Positions 54,188 through 64,000 of a DNA stretch of 64,000 nucleotides are shown here, in pieces. Within the stretch, counting starts at the first letter, position 1. Every line of letters begins with the position of its first letter. The stretch lies in assembly GCF_009914755.1 (NCBI RefSeq), contig NC_060926.1, one strand, 5' to 3'. The translations under genes were made by a program, and so were the position numbers. The stretch comes from the human T2T-CHM13v2.0 reference genome, Homo sapiens. The notes below the pieces were generated by a model. That model saw only the letters and a program-made list of their open reading frames with translations, was not told where the DNA came from and made no database searches.

Positions 54188-55540
54188 CTATTTATAATAA
54201 AAATAGAATACATAAATATTTAAAGGTTTCTTAACTTTCATCTTGTTCGGTGCATGCATAAACATTCTTATAGGTTTTTTGGATATAAATGAAACCTAGT
54301 AAAAATGTGAATATGATAAAGGGTCTATTCTACCTTTTATCTAACTGCTGCTTTTGTACTTCTATAGTAAAATGACAACTGATAACAATAGAGTATATTC
54401 TGAAGCAAAGCAAGAATCTACTGAGTGTTTAAGATCAAGTATATCAAACGGATAATTTTATTGTAATTGTTGTAAAATTGAAAAATCAATACACAATAGC
54501 TTTGTTAGCCATAATAGTGAATTGCAGATACAACAGTTTAAAATACTAGGGTATTTTCTACTTGCTAAAATACTAGTCATTTTAAAATTGTCTTTGCTTT
54601 CACAAATTCACAAAATGACAGACTAAAAAGTCATGATAACAGCCAGTATCAGTGAGAGGGTGCGCCTTATATGCTTCTTACATTTGCTTCAGGTTTAAAA
54701 TTAAATTAGTGAAGTCAACTATATACTTTCTTTGTCACCTTGGCTTTGGAGGAGTAAAGGCTGGAGGCTAACTTTACAACTTAGTCAATTCCTATAGGTG
54801 GCTGAAAGTATCTGAGAAACATTGCTGGGAACTTAAATTACTTCAAATCATTTTTCTTTAATGGATGCAACACTGAATAATCTACTAAAAACACTCTATA
54901 CTCCTGGACTACTCAGAGAGTTACATCTTAGTTTTAACAAACAGTGATAGTTTCAAAAAACAATGTAATTTAATTGAATTCTCTCTTTGGATACAGAAAT
55001 GATACGACTTGATCTGTTTTCAGAACACCCACAGAGGTGACAAAATGATGCTGAGCTATTCAGTGACTCACTTGCGTCATTTTAACAAGTGGAGCACATG
55101 CTGGAGATGCTGGCCTTGGTGACTTACTACTCATAGGATGTTTTAGTTTTATGATAAAACTAACTGGCCTGACAGAAACAGCAATGAACTAAAATCCAGA
55201 TGAACCAAGTACTAGCCCCTGCTTCATTATTTGGCAGTTAGGTAACAATGGAAAAGTTCCCTTTTTTGTCTCAATTTTCTTCTATATAAAACAACATAAT
55301 AATAATGCTTTGTTGATATATAACAGGTCTGAGGTAAGATGTGATTGTCATTTGTGTATAAAAGCAAACCCTCAGAAATTCTTCCTACAAAATCAAAGTC
55401 ATTACTTTAAAATATATACACATTATTTGTTATTGCAGAGTATTAATAAGTTTCTAATTAATGCATCATATAAAAATCAGCTTTTATACATGGGCTTTTA
55501 GATTAGAATTCTGATCAAAATCAAAGAGCTTTCTATTTAG

Positions 55541-56248
<708 letters not shown>

Positions 56249-56787
56249 TAGGTTTTATTTCTCACAAAAAAAAAAAAAAAATCTGAAATAGAAATTATAA
56301 AATGTTAGTATTTGTCATATCTGTGTGGTGGTTACACAGTTATCATGTCCTTGTCTTACTTTTCTGAATGTTTTACATATTTCATTTTAAAACCTAACTC
56401 ATTTACTTTATTGATGAATCAAATTTCCATCGAATAAGAAAAAACATACTGATTTATCTATTGAATTTAGGAGACTGACTGTTATTTTTAAAAAGTTAGA
56501 AGCATCCTGATGATCTAAGGACACACACACGTTCAGAACTTTTGCTCATGTGATAGTTCCTTTCCATAAGGACCCAAATATTTAGTGTGCTCAGCTTCAT
56601 GAATTCTAATGAACTTGCAAAAGATCTGGAAAAATGCAGTCTGGTATTTACACATAATTTAAGTTCACAGTGCAACTGCTCCCATAACCCTAGCTGAAAC
56701 TGTCTCTTCTTAGTCATTTTTAATTTTCCAAGATAACTTGGCAAAGCTATTGTTGTTGACATAATAAAGACTGGGCAGAAGGCTTAC

Positions 56788-56945
56788 CTAGCAAAGCCAA
56801 CACCACGACTTGTACCACTGGAATCACGTAGTATCCTTGTAGAAATAACTTGTCCAAATGGTTTGAGCATATTTTCTAGTTCTTGCTCATCCATGGAGAG
56901 TGGCAAATTAGAAATGTAGAGGTTGGTAGGATCTTGTTCCTGTTG
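56788..56945 (-). CDS. RBMS1: RBMS1 exon 5 (158 nt): [52 protein letters not shown](R), RRM2 with RNP2/RNP1
   Basis: ttttag|CAACAG acceptor, GCTAG|gtaagc donor. RNP2 LYISNL and RNP1 RGVGFA visible. Confidence 0.97.
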
Positions 56946-57950
56946 CTAAAACAGAAGAGAGTGTTGTCCATTAATTTCCAACAGAAGGTGAGATATTTAT
57001 GTTAACACACCTATTTTTATTAGCTACTTTCTTTGCTCAAGTCCTTTTAAAGTACTCAGAACCTCAGAACACCAAAGTCACCCTGGACTCTTGAAAATAG
57101 TGTCTGAAGCTTGGACAATCTGTGCAGGCCAGACACGATCCCACCAAGCCCTTCTTAGCAGATCTGGAAATGGCACTACTGAGTTGGAGAGGATGCCCTC
57201 ATGGAACCACAACTCTCAGTTGTTTGCGGTGTTTCTAAAAATAACTGACCTCTCCTCCACTGTTATTTTTAGGAGTCCATTTCAGGCACACTATTGCGCA
57301 GGAAGCTATTATTTCAATTTAATTATTGCTAATAATTCAACTTAGAGATACACGAAGGATTCTGGACCAAGTCATCTAGCATCCAATAGGGATCTGCCTA
57401 AATTTCCGTCCTCTGCTCTATGGCAAAGTTCACACTACTTTTGAGTCATGATCACCAACAGTAAAAACAGGTAATTTAACGAAAACAAGAAATAACAAAG
57501 CCGTATAAAATAGTCAATTCTGGGTAGGGAAAATTTTAGACTCTTGGAAAAGCTGAACTCAAGAGTAGATGGGAAAGGAAATACTTTGTTCAGAGGACAT
57601 GGCATTGACTTGGGACCCAAAGATCAAGCAGAAGTCAAGAGGCTTGCAAAAGGCTATCTAAGGAGTTTGATTTTACTTTGTCAGTCACTACTGCTTCAGC
57701 TTTCCTACTTAAGCAGTGCTAAAAGCAAGGAGAATAATTATGTAACTGTAGGCAAAAGGCAAGGTAGTCTTGCCAGAGCTGCAAAATGTTCTTGAAGTCT
57801 TGTGTTTTATCTTTAAAAAAAAGTCATGTAAATTTTGCAATCTACTTCCTATCTAAGTTTATTTTAATAGAGAAACAATGTTTTTGACCTAATACCAGTA
57901 AGTAACACCGACACTCCAGGAAGATAAGCCATGCTTATCTTGTGATATTA

Positions 57951-59065
<1,115 letters not shown>

Positions 59066-59316
59066 CACACTGGTAGGTGACGGGGAAACAGGAGGAAGAA
59101 GAAACTGCAGTTTGAAAGCTACATCTTGAAAAATAGGGCGGTTTTGGCGGCATGGAAGCAGGGGAATGATATGATCAAACCCATCTTAGTTTTGATTTTA
59201 GGTTCTATCTTTTAATAAAGATGGGGACCCCTTAATTAAAGGGCACTAAAACACTCTTTGGACAGAGATATGGTATAAAAAATGTTACAGAAGAAACACA
59301 TATCAAAATATTGTGA

Positions 59317-59604
59317 GGCCAGGCACAGTGGCTCACACTTGCAATCCCAGTATAGGCCAAGGTGGGAGGATCATTTGGGACCAAGAGTTTGAGACCAGCC
59401 TAGACAACACAGTGAGACCTCATCTCTTAAAAAAAAGTCAGCGAGATGTAGTGGTGCCCATCTGTAGTCCCAGCTATTTGGGAGGCTGAGGCAGGAGGAC
59501 TGCTTAAGCCCAGGAGTTCAAGGTTGTAATGAGTTGTGATCATGCTACTGCATTCCAGCCTGGGCAAGAGCAAGATTGTTTCTCTCGTGTGTGTGTGTGT
59601 GTGT
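59317..59604 (+). mobile_element. AluJ ending in (TG)n
   Basis: ggccaggcacagtggctcacac...cattccagcctgggcaa then tgtgtg. Confidence 0.87.
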
Positions 59605-61584
59605 ATATACACATATATATGGAGTATATATGGAGTGGACTTTCTTTTTAAGAATGTTCATAGGAGAATTTGTTATGTATGAAGAATTTTTAGAAGGGGA
59701 TCGACAATGTAGGCACTAAATCTGTGTTTTAGTTGCTTCTGTTATTAAAATATTATTAAAAATATTACACATGCTTTAAAGTCTTGATTCAACTTGAAAG
59801 TTTACCGATGAGGAAATAATATTTAAAAATGCTATAAATCAGAATCCCAGAAAGAACTGGGCTCTTAACCCACTCTTTGATATAGTGAAATAGAGTAGAC
59901 TAACGCAGGTAAGTATTTCCTATGATGTGAATGCATTTGTTTTCAATAGCAACGACCCTGTCGGTTAAAAACCTAATTTCATTTGGGATGACCTTTAGCG
60001 CTAATGTTATTTATGTTTCTTTTCAAACGGTCAACATATCTTACAAACATTGTCCACAAAGTTGCAGTAATTTAAAAAAAAAAAAGAATGGAAAGAAACT
60101 CCAAGCTGGCAGCACATGCCACAAAATAACAAAGTGTCCATGAATTCTTTTTTTTCTAATCCCTTCTTTTCACGGGTGTTTTTTTTTCTTTTTAAATTTT
60201 ACTTTCTTTTTAGTTGTTGTCTATGCATTCTTATAACCACACATTCACTGTGAACAAGACATATAATGCATGTGATAACTGGTGGTGGTTCTTGAAATGA
60301 GGATAGTTTAGTATCTTTAAAATCAGTGACAACCATAACTGGTTTATTATTTACAATGCTATGTGTGAAAAAAACACTTATTCTTTCAATTATAGGTGAC
60401 CAAACATAAAAATAGGGTCAACAGGCCTCCTTTGTCCCTAGGCATGGAAGGGTTCAAGGGCTTCCATAACAAGTAGAAAACTAGATCTCACATTGGCCGT
60501 CAGAGTGATAAACAGCTACTAACGTTCACGTGAGTAGAAAAGCCAGGATCGGAAGTCCTGCACAGCGTAAAGCACTCAGTCATCATCCGAAAGAAATTAA
60601 CAAAAACCTCCCCGTGCGTGTGGAATGGTTCCTAAAATGCAAGAACGGGGACTTGGCAGTAAGAGCAGACATCTGTTTTCTCTTGTACAGAATAGGTTCA
60701 ACAACCAGCAGATAGCCAGTCACTGGCATGTGACTGCAAACTGCTCAGAGCATGGTGAAGCTCTGGATGGAGAGGGGGGATTATATTCCTGCTCGTGTGA
60801 CTGCCTATTTATTGAAAAAAAAAAAAAAAAAAAAAAGTGTAAACTTCCCAACAGCCAAAAAACATATGAGGATTTGCTGACCCCCATCAGGCCATAGGAG
60901 GAAATGAAAGGCCTACAGAAGCCACTTTGCTAATAGATATAAACAATGTCCATTAGCGTTTTCTGTCTTTGTAGCTCGTTATCTGCGTTTCTTTTCCTTT
61001 TATAGAATGTGAGTCTTTTATTTGAAAGATGTACACATTTGTAACATTTGCCTAGTTTAACATAAACAGGTTTTCCAAAAGGCCCAAGGCCATTAGGTTA
61101 AGTTTCATCAGTGTACTTGATGGATATAATTTTAAACTGTCCCTTTCTTAATTCTCAATATCTGCCCAAGCTTGGAAAAAAGTTATTTTCTCAATTATTT
61201 TATTTGATCATCAACAAAACAAACACTTAAAACCTGCCACATGGCAGGTACCAGACAAAGCGCTGAAAATTAAAACAAGAATAAAAACCAACCACTGGTC
61301 TCTAATGCTCTCATTTTGCAGTTTTGCAATTTAGTTTTGAATATTTGTGGGGTTCTTTTTCAACTTAGGTACCCAGTATGTCAAACAATATTATATTTCT
61401 GTCCCATCCTCTAAGTGATTGCCCTTAATTTTTTTCTGATTATATAAAGATGAAAGACTTTAATATATGGCAATATGAATTTTCCTGATTAGTTCATTAG
61501 AGGAGAGTGGAAAGTGACGGGTACCCTCCCTATCACCCAAGCACAGGGGCTGGACTTAAACTCCTTTTAAAAATCATTTCCCCA

Positions 61585-61849
61585 CTGGGTGTGGTGGCTC
61601 ATGCTTACAATCCTAGGCAGGTGGATTGCTTGAGCTCACGAGTGCGAGACCAGCCTGGGCAACATGGCGAAACCTGGTCTCTGCAAAAAAATACAAAAAT
61701 TAGCCAGGTGTGGTAGTGCGTGCCTGTAGTCCCAGCTACTCAGGAAGCTGAGGGTGGAAGGATCGCTTGAACCTGGGAGGCGGAGGTTGCAGTGAGCCGA
61801 TATCACCCCACTGCACTCCAGCCTGGGTGACAGAGCCAGATCTGGTCTC

Positions 61850-61886
<37 letters not shown>
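61585..61886 (+). mobile_element. Alu (S/J) with (CAAAA)n tail
   Basis: TSD aaaaatcat(t/c)tccc on both sides. Confidence 0.92.
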
Positions 61887-61887
<1 letters not shown>

Positions 61888-64000
61888 CATCTCCCTGAAA
61901 GATGTGTTTCAGGTGCTCCTTTATCCAGACAGCATAAAGGGGCTAAGTCAAGTCTAGATACTCAAACTCATGGTTCTATGGTATAGAACAATAAACCCAC
62001 TGACATTTAAAATACCTCTTGTAACTATAATGATATCATAAAAAAGAAATCAGGTCTAGGAATCTCAAGTCATTCTACAGGGACCTAAAGAAATTCACAA
62101 TATGCAGAATGTTGGCAGCTGGCCAGCACCTCTGAACCTGAGTACTGGTCCTCGCCACAGATGATGGAGGAAGGGGTCCTTTTCCTTAGCCAATGTATAG
62201 TATCAAGCTTTCTAAAGAGGTCTTTGAACAGTGCTCATTTTCAACCTGGGGGAAAGCTAGTATTTGAAGAGCGCTGTAGACACGACATATAGTGCCAATA
62301 TATACCCAGTCCAGTGTTGAATAAATGCATTGTAAAGGCTTCTTCAAAACAGTGTATAGTTAATATTCTATGCTGCTTAATATTACAGGCATTGAAAATG
62401 GTGCCTAGGTAAGTGTTCAGGGGCCACTCTAACTGAAGCCTCTACATTCTTAACAGATTGCTAAAATAGAACTCTTTCTAATTCTGTTTAAGGGGAGACC
62501 ACAAAACAATGGGTGTCAGGCACTTCCACATTCCAGAGTGAGAAATCAGACCACCTAAAGACAGCCTGAAAGGCGCTGGCTGAGAACTGGTTTGGGACAC
62601 TTAACTGACTGCTCACTTCCTATGTCTAAGAGACTGGGGAGACTGAGAGTGAGCATTTATGGGGAGAGAAACGCTGAAGCGTTCCAAGTCTCACCATGTG
62701 AATTGCTTTCCTCTCACCATCAGTCAAGCAAGAGAGGGCGACCACTCAGGGAGCTCGATCTGTGTCTCAGGAACCTGAATGGATACAATAGATAGATGTC
62801 TAACTTAAAATCTAAGGGAATCTTCAAGGAGAAAGGCTGAAAGGCTGACAAGTATGGCTGGGAAGTAACTCTCTCCTAAGGATGACTGGCAAAGGTAGAT
62901 CAGATGTGGGCCACACAGGTAGAGTTGGCCCAGGGTTGTGTTAGATCCTCCCAAGAAGGCTGCTTCGAGGGGAAGAAATTCCAGCAGAAAGGGGCTGAAG
63001 ATAGACCATTAGATTATCAGGAGCTGACCATGTCAACCTGAGGACATGTATTCTTTCACTTCAAGGAGCTATAGGAGAGAAAGATCAATTTAGGGAGGTG
63101 GGGATGGAGTTGGTTAAAGACCTCAGAAAACCAAAGCATTCCATGAGAGAAAACATCAGCATGCTGCCTGGCTAGAGAAATCAACATCAGATGACCTCAC
63201 TGTCAGGTCATCCTTTTCCAGCACACCATCCCTGGAGGGGTTAAATGAAGCCATGGCTAGTGAGCTGAAGGAAGAGTGAGAAAAACACAAGCTTTGGAAA
63301 TAGGAAAGAAATGAATCATTTGCTCATCTCACTATAAGCTTGCTACTTGGAGCAGACCTAATCCAGGGAAGGGAGAAGCTTCAGCTGAAGATTCACTACA
63401 TGATACTCAAAATTTTTGTCAAATAAACAGTACTGGAGTATTAAATTACAGGCATCACACACACTTAACATCATAATCTGTTCCTGAAAATCAGAAATTC
63501 AGCATCAAAATGTTAACCGAGAGCCTATTTCACATTATGTTAAACAGGAAAAAATTATAATGTATTACACATCAGTCAAAATCCTCAACCAAATTTTCTA
63601 AAATGTAACTATTTTATTTTCCTATTTTTCTATAATTCCCTAAAATGTAACTAAATACACTCATCATTACATCTGTCTCTGTATGTGTGTGCACACATAT
63701 AACAAATGGTTCTGTTGGAATGGAAACACTGCTTCCTGATCACCAAATAATACGGTTGTCAGCCAACAATTGCTTTTTAGGCTGTGATGTCTCTCAGCAT
63801 CAGCAATATCCAAGACACACATCCCTTATGTTGACTCTCAGCAGTTTTAAAAACATCTACATATGAGTCTGACATTCTATAAACTGTATTTGCTATGTAA
63901 CTTGAGACTCTGACTGAAAATGTATTGAAACATATGTACGCTTCATGGAGTTTGGCTATGAAAAATTGAGGCATTCTACCAAACACATATCAACCAGAAA

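Noticed and set aside
57921-57941. Short perfect hairpins (aagataagc-cat-gcttatctt; also ~47870-47897 and ~61232-61249)
   Set aside because: 8-9-bp stems are expected by chance in 64 kb and are too short for pre-miRNAs.

Overview
Primate (very probably human) genomic DNA, AT-rich and dense in Alu, L1, L2, MIR, MaLR and DNA-transposon relics. The right ~38 kb holds the 3' part of RBMS1 (MSSP-1/SCR2) on the minus strand. I rebuilt it exon by exon from GT-AG boundaries: nine constitutive coding exons (56945 down to the stop at 29099-29101) give 272 aa from RRM2 ([15 protein letters not shown]...) to ...FQPNK*. There is also an optional 48-nt cassette exon, a 9-nt alternative donor and a ~2.6-kb non-coding last exon with two poly(A) signals. 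The left ~25 kb has no credible coding sequence (from memory ITGB6 lies further left on the same strand). It carries an orphan CpG island (~23.3-23.9 kb) and a promoter-like 3x20-bp motif repeat with a candidate first exon just beyond the RBMS1 3' end. I see no evidence for a wholly new gene system. The best leads are regulatory or RNA-processing ones: the terminator/promoter junction, a possible stop-free exon 5-7 circRNA, alternative polyadenylation, and a ~90-bp duplication around an L1 insertion. Exon numbers follow my recollection of the 14-exon RBMS1 model. Repeat subfamily names and repeat boundaries are by eye and approximate.
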